A stretch of DNA of 64,000 bases from the sequence record DRR723986_1321. One strand, 5' to 3'. The notes under the pieces were generated by a model that worked only from the letters and a program-made list of their open reading frames with translations, was not told the origin of the DNA and ran no database searches. Position numbers and translations under genes: made by a program. Positions 47,721 through 56,534 of this stretch are shown here, one piece after another. Each line of letters begins with the position of its first letter. The first letter of the stretch is position 1.

Positions 47721-47950
47721 CGTGGACCGCGCCGTGGCCGGCATGTGGCGCGTTGTTGAAGCGAGAGCGTCGGCAACCCGCTGTCAACCAGCACTCTCCT
47801 GCGGCTGCGCTTCAGCTCACGCGCTAACGCAGTACAAGCAGCAGCGCCACCTTGCGCCTGAGCAATGCACTGGGCGCAGCTGTCCGCCGGTAAACTTGCT
47901 TACCTGGGCCCGGCACGGAATAATCCGCACTCCGCGCAGCAAGAAACGTG

Positions 47951-47978
47951 TTGGGAGCAAAGCCACGCTTGCTATACT
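47951..47978 (+). promoter_or_regulatory. Sigma70-like promoter of the tRNA gene
   Basis: TTGGGA-N16-TATACT with an extended TG, 15 bp upstream of the tRNA. Confidence 0.5.
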
Positions 47979-47992
47979 CCCACCCTCTCCAC

Positions 47993-48069
47993 GCCCCGGT
48001 AGCTCAGCTGGATAGAGCAAGCCCCTCCTAAGGGCTAGGTCGGACGTTCGAATCGTCTCCGGGGTACCA
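47993..48069 (+). tRNA. tRNA-Arg (anticodon CCT)
   Basis: 77 nt cloverleaf: acceptor GCCCCGG/CCGGGGT, D-arm GCTC/GAGC, anticodon stem AGCCC-CT CCT AA-GGGCT, T-loop TTCGAAT, encoded CCA. Confidence 0.96.
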
Positions 48070-48306
48070 TTTCTCAGCAACATCGCGGAACCGGATCGCA
48101 CCCCGCTGACCCAACTTTCCGACGAGTTTCTGGTACAAATATCGAAAGCCTATCTGAGCACAGGACGCGGCTACGCCAGCCAGCTGGCAGCCGAATACGG
48201 CGTGAGCCGGCGCACCGTGATCAGTTGGATTGAGAAAGCGCGCAAACGTGGCATTCTGAGCCCTTCGGGGAAGGGTCAGTTTCAGGGTCGGATTTTAAAA
48301 TCCTGA
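48070..48306 (+). pseudogene. 5'-truncated helix-turn-helix protein remnant abutting the tRNA
   Basis: Open frame FLSNIAEPDRTPLTQLSDEFLVQISKAYLSTGRGYASQLAAEYGVSRRTVISWIEKARKRGILSPSGKGQFQGRILKS*. No ATG; in-frame TAG at 48013 inside the tRNA. Confidence 0.6.
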
Positions 48307-48308
48307 GC

Positions 48309-50735
48309 TCACGGCTCGACCGCGTCGCGGCTCAAGGAAGCCAGGGACTGCTCCACCAGGAAGAATTCGCGCAACAGGTAGCGCGCCTTGTCGTGATCAC
48401 CAGCTCCAATCGCTTTGCTCAGCGCCTCGTAGTCATTGCGCATTGCCAGCCTGAGCGTCACCGAGCGGTCAGCCAGCCAGCCTTGTATCGCCGGATCACG
48501 ATCATCCAGCAGGTCGTAGGCGCGCAGGATATCCGCCGGGGCTATGCCTGCACTTTCATCGGCAAGTGCAGCCCTGTTGGTAACCACCGTGTTTATGGTT
48601 TCCAGCAAGGTTTCAATCTGAACAGGCTTGGGAGTGAAGGCCACCATACCGGATTCCAGCGTCTCGGCGCGCTGTTGCTGGGTCACCCCCGCCGTGAGCG
48701 CCACGATCGGCGGGGCCTGTTTGCCCAGTTGCTGCCGAATCGCCCGGGTGGCCCCTACGCCATTGAGCACGGGCATATTCTGGTCCATTAGTACCAGGCT
48801 GACCAACGTTCCCCCGGTCAGCAGGTCTACAGCCTGCTGGCCGTCCTCCGCCAGCAGCACCTCAAAATCGTAGCCTTCGAGTATCTCCTCCAGCAACTCC
48901 CGGTTGTCAGCGTCATCATCCACAACCAGAATGCGGACACCCGCCAGTTCTGCGTCATTCTTCGCCGCGTCGGTATCTGCCGGCAGGACTGCCGATTCGG
49001 CCTGGCCCCGCTGCCTTCCCCCTGCCAATAGCTGCCAGATCTCCTGGCGGCACAGGGGTTTGTGCAAAATAGCGACATTAGCGGCCGCAGACAGTTCCGG
49101 GTCTCTCTGCGCATTACCCAGGAAATAAATGGTATAGGCGGCGGGGAATGTGCTGGCCAGTCTCTGCGTCAGGTCCGTATCCTGTAACCCGGTTGCGCCG
49201 TCGACCAGGAAGACGTCGACACCTAGCTTGCTGGCGATCAGGCGCTCAAGACCCTGCTCGAGACCCGACGGATCAATCAGGGTCACACAGCTCAAACAGG
49301 ATTCCACGTAGGACTGCAGTACCTGTGCTCCGCCTCCCTCGTCGTCAGCAATCAGTACAGCATGCAAACTGATATCACCGGGGGGAACCACGTTGGTGCT
49401 TGTTGCATCCAGCAGACCCTCAAACCAGAAAGTCGACCCCTTCCCTGGCACACTATCAAGCCCGATGCGCCCACCCATCAGTTCCGCCATCTGCCGAGCG
49501 ATTGCCAGACCCAGGCCTGTGCCGCCGAACTTCCGCGAGGTAGACAGCTCCGCCTGCTGGAAGGCATCGAACACCAGCTCGCTCTGCTTTTCCGTCAGCC
49601 CCGGCCCGGAGTCGGTGACCTCGATACGCAGGCGTATCTTCTGCTCGCCCTCGCCAACGCCGGTCACCCGCAGGCGAACAAAGCCCTCCTCGGTAAACTT
49701 GACGGCGTTACTCAGGAAGTTGATGACAATCTGCCCGAGACGCTTGGCGTCGCCGATGGGGGCGAGACCCGGGTCCCAGCGCTCATCCACGATCAGCTTG
49801 ATACCCTTGGCTTCCGCCCTGTCGGCAAACATCTGGGCCCAGCTCCTGATCATGCCATCGAGCTCCATGGCGCGCTGCTCGAGCTGGATTTTACCGGCTT
49901 CCCCTCGACTGAAGTCGAGCACATCATTGATAAGGGCAAGGAGATGGTCACTGGCTTTCCCGATATTCGCCAGCCAGCGTTGCTGTTGCTCTGTTGTTTC
50001 CGAGCGCCCGAAAAGCTGGGCTGTGCCCATGATCAGATTCATGGGCGTGCGGATTTCGTGACTTATATGGGCCAGGAACTCGGACTTGGCAACACTCGCC
50101 TCGTGAGCCTGATGGACACTGGTAGCGAGCTCCAAGGTTCGCTGGCTGAGTAATGCTGAGAGCTCCCGGTTCTTTTCCTGCAGCTCATCGAGCTGTTGTC
50201 GCTGTGCAGTAATCTCCCTACCAGCACCACAGTAGCCAAGGAAGTTATCGTCGTGGTCGTGGATTGGGGCGCCGGCCAACTCATACCAGTGGCGCTGGCC
50301 ATTAGCATCGAGGGAAAAACACAGGCGAAACGGCTGGCGCTCAGCGAGCGCTGCCCGCAAGGGCTCCCAGCCACCGACGGGTTCAACGCCGGGGACATCC
50401 CAGAGAGCAGCATTGATGATCCCGGCGTTCAGTAATGCCTCGGGCGCCAGGCTGTAGTCGGTAAAATGATGCTCGGCGTCCTGCTCCCAGCTCCAGTCCG
50501 CAAAACCATCGGCAATGGCCTGCGAAACCCGCAGCTCCATCAATGCGTCATCCAGATCCTGACGTAAGGGTGAAAATACCAGCCACCTCAACATGCCGTA
50601 CGAGACCAGCAAGGTAAGCACAGCGGCACCTAGCAGCAGGGCGAAGAAAGGCAGGCCAAACGGCACCGTCAACCACTGGATCAGCATGAAGGAGCCGCCC
50701 AGGACAAGAATGGCAAGCAAGACAATAGCCATCAC
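48309..50735 (-). CDS. Hybrid sensor histidine kinase (2 TM, PAS-like, HisKA, HATPase, degenerate REC, REC)
   Basis: FLAHISHEIRTPMN, NFLSNAVKFT, DSGPG, GGTGLGL and VLMDQNMPVLNG. Confidence 0.9.
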   Translation of the reverse strand: MMAIVLLAILVLGGSFMLIQWLTVPFGLPFFALLLGAAVLTLLVSYGMLRWLVFSPLRQDLDDALMELRVSQAIADGFADWSWEQDAEHHFTDYSLAPEALLNAGIINAALWDVPGVEPVGGWEPLRAALAERQPFRLCFSLDANGQRHWYELAGAPIHDHDDNFLGYCGAGREITAQRQQLDELQEKNRELSALLSQRTLELATSVHQAHEASVAKSEFLAHISHEIRTPMNLIMGTAQLFGRSETTEQQQRWLANIGKASDHLLALINDVLDFSRGEAGKIQLEQRAMELDGMIRSWAQMFADRAEAKGIKLIVDERWDPGLAPIGDAKRLGQIVINFLSNAVKFTEEGFVRLRVTGVGEGEQKIRLRIEVTDSGPGLTEKQSELVFDAFQQAELSTSRKFGGTGLGLAIARQMAELMGGRIGLDSVPGKGSTFWFEGLLDATSTNVVPPGDISLHAVLIADDEGGGAQVLQSYVESCLSCVTLIDPSGLEQGLERLIASKLGVDVFLVDGATGLQDTDLTQRLASTFPAAYTIYFLGNAQRDPELSAAANVAILHKPLCRQEIWQLLAGGRQRGQAESAVLPADTDAAKNDAELAGVRILVVDDDADNRELLEEILEGYDFEVLLAEDGQQAVDLLTGGTLVSLVLMDQNMPVLNGVGATRAIRQQLGKQAPPIVALTAGVTQQQRAETLESGMVAFTPKPVQIETLLETINTVVTNRAALADESAGIAPADILRAYDLLDDRDPAIQGWLADRSVTLRLAMRNDYEALSKAIGAGDHDKARYLLREFFLVEQSLASLSRDAVEP

Positions 50736-50822
50736 AGTCTGCCCTCGCGCCGTGTCGCGCAGGGCTTGAGGTACGTGTGCTGCCGGGTCTGTCTGCGACG
50801 CTTTTATGCTGGGTTCACCTTA

Positions 50823-51227
50823 TTAATGTGCGATCTGTGTTGGTGCTGAGCCGCGCTGCCGCTGGCCGGTGGGTGTGAGTGCCTCCAGCAGCTCATGCAG
50901 CTCATGCAGGTTGATCGGCTTCTCCAGGCACGCGTTGGCACCCAGCTCCTCCGAGAGCTCCAGGTAGTCAGCATAAGACGACATCATGATAACGACCATG
51001 CCAGGGTAATCGGCCCTGATCTCCATGAGCGTTTCGATACCTTCCCTGCCCTCCATCACGATATCGAGCAGCACGGCAGCAATATTGTGCTCACTTAACA
51101 GCTCTGTAACTGCCAGGCCGGACTCGGCCAGAATGACCTTCCAGCCCTGCTTCTCCAGACCCATTTTAAGCATGGTCCTCACGACCTCGCTGTCGTCGAC
51201 TACCAGTATCGTGCGCGCCTCGCTCAT
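50823..51227 (-). CDS. Single-domain response regulator (CheY-like)
   Basis: ILVVDDS, VLLDIVM and LEKP. The ATG at 51227 overlaps the upstream TGA (ATGA). Confidence 0.88.
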   Translation of the reverse strand: MSEARTILVVDDSEVVRTMLKMGLEKQGWKVILAESGLAVTELLSEHNIAAVLLDIVMEGREGIETLMEIRADYPGMVVIMMSSYADYLELSEELGANACLEKPINLHELHELLEALTPTGQRQRGSAPTQIAH

Positions 51228-54019
51228 TCGGAATTTCCCTTTTCCAGTAGCGTTAGAATCTGCTGCAGAGTAGCCACGGCATCGTAACACTCATCGCTGA
51301 GTCGATCGACCTGGGCACGGCCGCTCTCCACCGCAGGCCCCTCCCGAAACAGCTGGTCGACCTCACTTGCCAGTTCCGCCAAATGCTCCGCTCCAATCAG
51401 TCCGGCAACCCCCTTGAGTTCATGGCATATCGCGGCAGCGCCTTTGTGGTCACCGCTGGCTGCCGCCGTTGACAGCTTCTCCAGCATAGCCGGGTGGCCG
51501 CTGATGAACGGCGCCGCTGATGCCCGGTAGATCCCGGTGTCGTTCGTCATTCTCGCCAGGGCCGCTGCCAGGTCAAAGCCGGGGAAATCCGGCACATGCT
51601 GTGTGCTTACTGGTTCAGCTGCTGGCTGCGAGACAGTACGCCCTGCCCCGGGCTCAGAGGGCAGGTTTCGGTGCAGCGCGCGAACCAGGCCAAAGAGATC
51701 GATGGGCTTGCTGATAAAATCGTTCATGCCGACCTGTCTCGCAGCATCTCGATCATGGCGGGTGGCGTTCGCGGTCATGGCGATCACTGGCAGCTCATCA
51801 TGAGACCAGCGTTGTCGAATGGCCTCTGCGGCATCGATTCCACCCATCACCGGCATCTGCAGGTCCATGAGCACCACATCAAAATGAGTGTCAGCGGCGC
51901 GCAATACCTCAAGCGCTTCCCGGCCATGGGAGGCGACCACTATCCTCGCTCCCTGCTGCTCCAACAGCAGGCGCGTCATTTTTTGCAGGGACGGATTGTC
52001 TTCGACCAGCAAGATAGTGATACCGGCGAGCGAGTTTGCGTCATTGATGTCTACCGTCTCGTTTTTCCCGTCGAGGGACTGGGCAAGGATTTCCTCTGCA
52101 CTGAGCTCAGGCAACTCCAGCGTGATGATAAAACTGCTGCCCTCGCCGGGCTTGCTGACGGCATTCAGCTTACCGCCCATGAGTTCCACCAGCCTCCGGG
52201 CGATGGTCAGGCCAAGACCGGTGCCGCCGTAGGCCCGGGTGGTGCGCCCTTCTGCCTGGGTGAATGATTCGAAGATTCTCTGCAACTTATCCTCAGCAAT
52301 ACCGATGCCGGAGTCCTGCACTTCCAGCCTGATTTCGCGCTTGCCCGGAGACTCCGCTGCCGAGTCCTGTGCTGAGGCCAGAACAACAATACTGCCTTCA
52401 TCAGTAAACTTGAGAGCATTGCTGAGAAGGTTCATCAAAATCTGGGTCAGGCGGGTCGCATCGGCGCGCACCCATTCCGGGAACGCCTCTGCGATATCAA
52501 CTTTCAGTGAAAGACCCTTGGTTTTAGCCAGGCCCTTGAACTGGGTTTCGAGGTCATCCAGCAACTCATACAAATTGACCGGGGCGTCCTCCAGTTCCAT
52601 TTTTTCGGCTTCAATCTTGGAAAAATCAAGAATCTGGTTAAGCAGCAAAGACAGGGTTTTATTGCACACCCACACATCCCTGGTGAGCTCTTTCTGCTCC
52701 TGGGATAGCTCCGTATTTTCCAGCAGTTGCAAGTGCCCCTGTAGCGCGTGTACCGGCGTGCGGATCTCGTGGGACATATTGGCCAGGAATTCACTCTTCG
52801 CCTGGGCTGCCGCCTCCGCCGCATCACGCGCCGACCGTAGCTCCAGGTTTGACGATTGCAGCTGCCGGGTTCGTTGTTCAACCTGCACTTCCAGGCTCTC
52901 ACTCAGCGCCTGGTAACGCTCCAGCAGGGCTCTGGTCTCGTTGTTCTTGTCACGGAATACAGCGGCCGCACGGGCGAGTTCACTCAGCTGGTCGTCCGAG
53001 GAGAACTCCGGAATCGGCTCGTCGCCCGCGCCACTGGCCAGGCGCTGGAAGGTTGTCGTCATTAGCCGTATCGGTCTTACGATACTCTGGCCCAGCAACC
53101 ACGGGAGAAGGAACAGCAATACCAGCAGCAAGGCACCAAAGGTGAAGAACGCCGCAATCGAGCGGGGTACGACAGTGGCAATAGCGCGCTCGTTGTCGCG
53201 CATACTTGCACTTACCTGCTCCGCCAGCTCGTTCGACTGGTAAAGCATCTCGTACACTTCAGCTGCCATCACCACGTTCACCAGGTAAATATACCCGCGG
53301 GTGCGCTGCACTCCCTGCAAAAAAAGTCGCTCGTACTCGCCCATGGCGGCCAGGGTGGCCTGCAACTCGCTGCCGGGCAAAGTGGACGCGTTCAGCCGTG
53401 CCCGAGCTCGGTCCAGCGCCGACAGGCTGCCATCGACATCAGCGGAACTGAGGGTTTCGAAATAGCGGTAAGCGCTGACCTCGGACAGCAGTACGCGATT
53501 CGTTACCTGCAACATCTCCGACTTGTCTGTGACCAATTCCGGCAAGCGCTCGATAGACTCTAATAACACCCTGGCGGCCAGAGGAATATCCTGCTGGATA
53601 ATGGCCACCTGTAACTCGCGCAGACGCCTGACCTCGCCAAACGTCCGATAGTAGATGGCGAGGTGGGTGGTAACATCGGTCACGATTTTCTGGGTATCGG
53701 TCGACAGCGGTTGCTCGGCCATTTCCGCCAGGTCAGTCTGCAGGCTGTTGTAGAGCATCGTGACCTGCTCCGCGGCAGATTTGTGCCCCTGATCGATGTA
53801 CACCTGCACCGCGCGTTGCAGCATGGCGATATCCTGCGCCACCAGCAGGGCATCCCGGTGTCGCTGGCCGGCAGCTGAGAAGTCATTGAACTCGTCGCTG
53901 ATAGACTTCAGGGTGGTGTAAGCCACCGCCAGCATGATCAGCGCCAGCACACCGAACACGATATACCCCAGGTATATCCGTTCACTCAGGCGCGTTGCAT
54001 TGGTAAGGCGATCGATCAT
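51224..54019 (-). CDS. Unorthodox hybrid histidine kinase (periplasmic sensor, HAMP, HisKA, HATPase, REC, Hpt)
   Basis: Two TM segments around a ~260 aa helical periplasmic region, FLANMSHEIRTP, GGTGLGL, VLMDLQMP and Hpt CHELKGVAGLIGA. Confidence 0.92.
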   Translation of the reverse strand: MIDRLTNATRLSERIYLGYIVFGVLALIMLAVAYTTLKSISDEFNDFSAAGQRHRDALLVAQDIAMLQRAVQVYIDQGHKSAAEQVTMLYNSLQTDLAEMAEQPLSTDTQKIVTDVTTHLAIYYRTFGEVRRLRELQVAIIQQDIPLAARVLLESIERLPELVTDKSEMLQVTNRVLLSEVSAYRYFETLSSADVDGSLSALDRARARLNASTLPGSELQATLAAMGEYERLFLQGVQRTRGYIYLVNVVMAAEVYEMLYQSNELAEQVSASMRDNERAIATVVPRSIAAFFTFGALLLVLLFLLPWLLGQSIVRPIRLMTTTFQRLASGAGDEPIPEFSSDDQLSELARAAAVFRDKNNETRALLERYQALSESLEVQVEQRTRQLQSSNLELRSARDAAEAAAQAKSEFLANMSHEIRTPVHALQGHLQLLENTELSQEQKELTRDVWVCNKTLSLLLNQILDFSKIEAEKMELEDAPVNLYELLDDLETQFKGLAKTKGLSLKVDIAEAFPEWVRADATRLTQILMNLLSNALKFTDEGSIVVLASAQDSAAESPGKREIRLEVQDSGIGIAEDKLQRIFESFTQAEGRTTRAYGGTGLGLTIARRLVELMGGKLNAVSKPGEGSSFIITLELPELSAEEILAQSLDGKNETVDINDANSLAGITILLVEDNPSLQKMTRLLLEQQGARIVVASHGREALEVLRAADTHFDVVLMDLQMPVMGGIDAAEAIRQRWSHDELPVIAMTANATRHDRDAARQVGMNDFISKPIDLFGLVRALHRNLPSEPGAGRTVSQPAAEPVSTQHVPDFPGFDLAAALARMTNDTGIYRASAAPFISGHPAMLEKLSTAAASGDHKGAAAICHELKGVAGLIGAEHLAELASEVDQLFREGPAVESGRAQVDRLSDECYDAVATLQQILTLLEKGNSE

Positions 54020-54028
54020 CGGCGTGCC

Positions 54029-55318
54029 TCAGGCGAGGAGGAACTCACCCCATTTACCCAGGGTGTATTCGTAGGTTGGCATCACGGTGTTCCACACGGC
54101 GACATTTGAGAAGCGGCGCAGGTAACTACCCCCAGTCTGTATCTCGCCAGCTTGCACCGATACCTTGCCGTCGGTGCCGCGCAAGGGCTCTGAGGCGGGC
54201 TTCCCGGCATACCAGTAATCCCATTCCGGCACGCTCATGAACTGCCGGGCGCGCTGCGGATTGGAAATGTAGTAGCCCTGACGGGCGATAAAAGCTCCCG
54301 GCCAGCCGGACAGCCACCAGTTCATGTAGGCATAGGCCGCTTCCTGCCGCTCGCCCTGGCAGGCGCTTGACAGGCACATGACACCATGCCAGGCCCGGTA
54401 GCCTTCCTTGGGGGCAGCGTAGATGCAGGGTATTCCCATTCCCTTGAGGGCACTCACGCCGGGTGAAAACATACTCTGCACGTCGACCTGGTCGGTAGAC
54501 ATCAATTCAACGGAGTGTGGCACCGACGTCCAGACGCCCCTGAAATGGCCGCGGCGCTTGTAATCGTTGAGGATATCGAACAGTTCATCGACCTCCTTCA
54601 CCGTCATGTTACCGATGTCAGCAAACTCCATGAGACCCCTGGCACGGGCAGCCAGCGCCAGGTCAAACAGGCCAATCGTGGGGGCATTAACCACAGCGAC
54701 CCGACCCCGGTACTGGTCGTCCAACAACCAGCCCCAGCTCTCGGTTTCATAAGGGGTGCCCTGTTCAATAATGGCCGAGTTGTAACCCAGGGAGTCGGTA
54801 TTGTGGACATAGGGCAGGAAACTGATGCGCCCGGTATCGTTCTCGCCCAGGCTACCGTCGGGCTGCACGAACAGCAGTTTATGGGGCGCATCACCAGCCC
54901 CGGTGCGCGCGTCGGGTGAGAGGCTACCGGTCTTGGTAAGGTTGTTGATCTCGTGCCAGTACTGCAGCTTTCTTACATCAATCGACTGGATCGTGCCGGC
55001 CTGCCACAGAATCCGCATGCTGTTCGACCACTGTTCATAGAGGTCGAAGGCCTCCGGATCCAGCGATGCCTTGAGCATCACCTCGGCGCTGCCGCCCGGG
55101 TAGAATTCTATGCGAATGCCAAGTTCCTGCTCGGCGCGCTTGCGCAACGCTTCCTGCAAGGTGACATGAGTACCCACGACCCGGATCGTCGGCGGCGCGT
55201 TGAGCGCTTTCACGATTGCCGGAAAGCCGAGCGAAGACGCCGCAACTGCGCCCGCCGTATGGCGCAAAAGGTTTCGCCGGTTTATTGCCACTAGCCGCCT
55301 CTCAAGGATGGTGTCCAA
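54029..55318 (-). CDS. Tat-exported extracellular solute-binding protein (PotD/PotF-like), orphan
   Basis: NRRNLL twin-arginine signal; SWGWLLD..YRGR, PKEGYRAW and AYAYMNWWLS motifs. Start may be the GTG before AINRR. Confidence 0.75.
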   Translation of the reverse strand: MDTILERRLVAINRRNLLRHTAGAVAASSLGFPAIVKALNAPPTIRVVGTHVTLQEALRKRAEQELGIRIEFYPGGSAEVMLKASLDPEAFDLYEQWSNSMRILWQAGTIQSIDVRKLQYWHEINNLTKTGSLSPDARTGAGDAPHKLLFVQPDGSLGENDTGRISFLPYVHNTDSLGYNSAIIEQGTPYETESWGWLLDDQYRGRVAVVNAPTIGLFDLALAARARGLMEFADIGNMTVKEVDELFDILNDYKRRGHFRGVWTSVPHSVELMSTDQVDVQSMFSPGVSALKGMGIPCIYAAPKEGYRAWHGVMCLSSACQGERQEAAYAYMNWWLSGWPGAFIARQGYYISNPQRARQFMSVPEWDYWYAGKPASEPLRGTDGKVSVQAGEIQTGGSYLRRFSNVAVWNTVMPTYEYTLGKWGEFLLA

Positions 55319-55430
55319 TGATTCAATCAGCTATTCCCGCAGGGCCTGGTTTGGCGCCGCTGGCGGCAACCATGGCACCGTACCTCGCAGGCCAATCGGG
55401 AAAGCTGAAATCGCCTCATATAGTACCGTA

Positions 55431-55454
55431 AAAGTGTGAATTTCGTCACACTTT
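55431..55454. promoter_or_regulatory. CRP/Vfr/Clp-type box
   Basis: AAAGTGTGA-atttcg-TCACACTTT: perfect 9-bp arms around the TGTGA-N6-TCACA core. Confidence 0.75.
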
Positions 55455-55689
55455 CTGGCGACGAATTATCGTACTTTCGCCGCTACAGCCTGGCTTCTTG
55501 TCGACCAGGCGAGACGCGTCATCGATTGGCATTGGCCATCAGAATCCAACCCGAAATATCGCAAGGAATCGATCTGACTGTTCACTGATCCAGGTCAACA
55601 AACCGGTTTCTTGCTCGCACCGTCTGCCAAAAAAACTGCGAACAGGTTCACAGTTGACCTGTTTTACGAACACGCTATTTAAAAATGTT

Positions 55690-55705
55690 TGAGACCTTGC
55701 TCACA
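55690..55705. promoter_or_regulatory. Second CRP-type box upstream of the pilin gene
   Basis: TGAGA-ccttgc-TCACA (one mismatch to consensus). Confidence 0.5.
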
Positions 55706-55854
55706 CATCTGACGCTGAAACGGCTTGCGCGCTATACAGATTCACATTTCACCGCCAACATCCTCAACGTCGATGCGCACGGCGTGAACTTGCTGACGCT
55801 CTGCGGCGAACTTTAGGTATAACACCTGACTTTTTAACGAACGGAGTTACTAAC

Positions 55855-56394
55855 ATGATTATTAAACGCGCACCTATCGCTGCCGCTATCCTGACGATCT
55901 GCAGCAGCGCGGCCTTCGCGGCCAACGATGGCACCCAGAACAGCACCAGCACCGGCACCACTGACATTTCCTTCACGGTCAGCGACCAGGTGCTGCTCAC
56001 CGGCCTGGGCGATGTCGCCCTTGGTACCTATGGCGCAACGGACACTGGTGACGCCGGCGCCAACGAAGCGTTCTGCGTCTACCGCAACGGCGGAGACGAC
56101 TTCACTATCACTGCCAGCAACACTGCAGACAGTGCGACCGACTTCGTGCTTACTGGTACAACCGGCGATGAAATCCAGTACAGCGTTTTGCTTGCCACTG
56201 GCGCTGCCGCGTCAGCGTCTTCTACCGCACTGACCTACAACACCGCGTCGGCAGACCTTGCCGGCAGCAACCAGCGGAACTGTGGCGGCTCGGACAACAC
56301 GTCGATTTACATCAAGGTCGGCGAGCAGGAGATGCGCGAGGCATCTACCGGCTCTTACAGCGGCACGCTGCAGCTGCTCGTCTCTCCGTCCTGA
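55855..56394 (+). CDS. Probable major pilin of a chaperone-usher system
   Basis: Signal peptide, Thr/Gly/Ser-rich beta protein, two Cys, C-terminal GSYSGTLQLLVSP strand; first gene of the usher operon. Confidence 0.75.
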   Translation: MIIKRAPIAAAILTICSSAAFAANDGTQNSTSTGTTDISFTVSDQVLLTGLGDVALGTYGATDTGDAGANEAFCVYRNGGDDFTITASNTADSATDFVLTGTTGDEIQYSVLLATGAAASASSTALTYNTASADLAGSNQRNCGGSDNTSIYIKVGEQEMREASTGSYSGTLQLLVSPS

Positions 56395-56413
56395 TACGGC
56401 TTACCCCCGCCTG

Positions 56414-56472
56414 GATGCTGGATTCCATAACCGCCCGATTCTTCCGGGCGCTATGGGTCCAGCATCGTTTTT
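56414..56472 (+). terminator. Long intra-operon hairpin/terminator after the pilin gene
   Basis: GATGCTGGA...CGCCCG-loop-CGGGCG...TCCAGCATC imperfect stem followed by GTTTTT. Confidence 0.65.
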
Positions 56473-56534
56473 ACCACGCACTGCGGCACAACCTGCCCCG
56501 GTGCTCTAGCAGTTAGTCTGCCTCGAGGTGCTCG

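Noticed and set aside
55706-55854. c-di-GMP riboswitch in the pilin leader
   Set aside because: I could not find the GEMM-type conserved motifs by eye; an Rfam scan would settle it.
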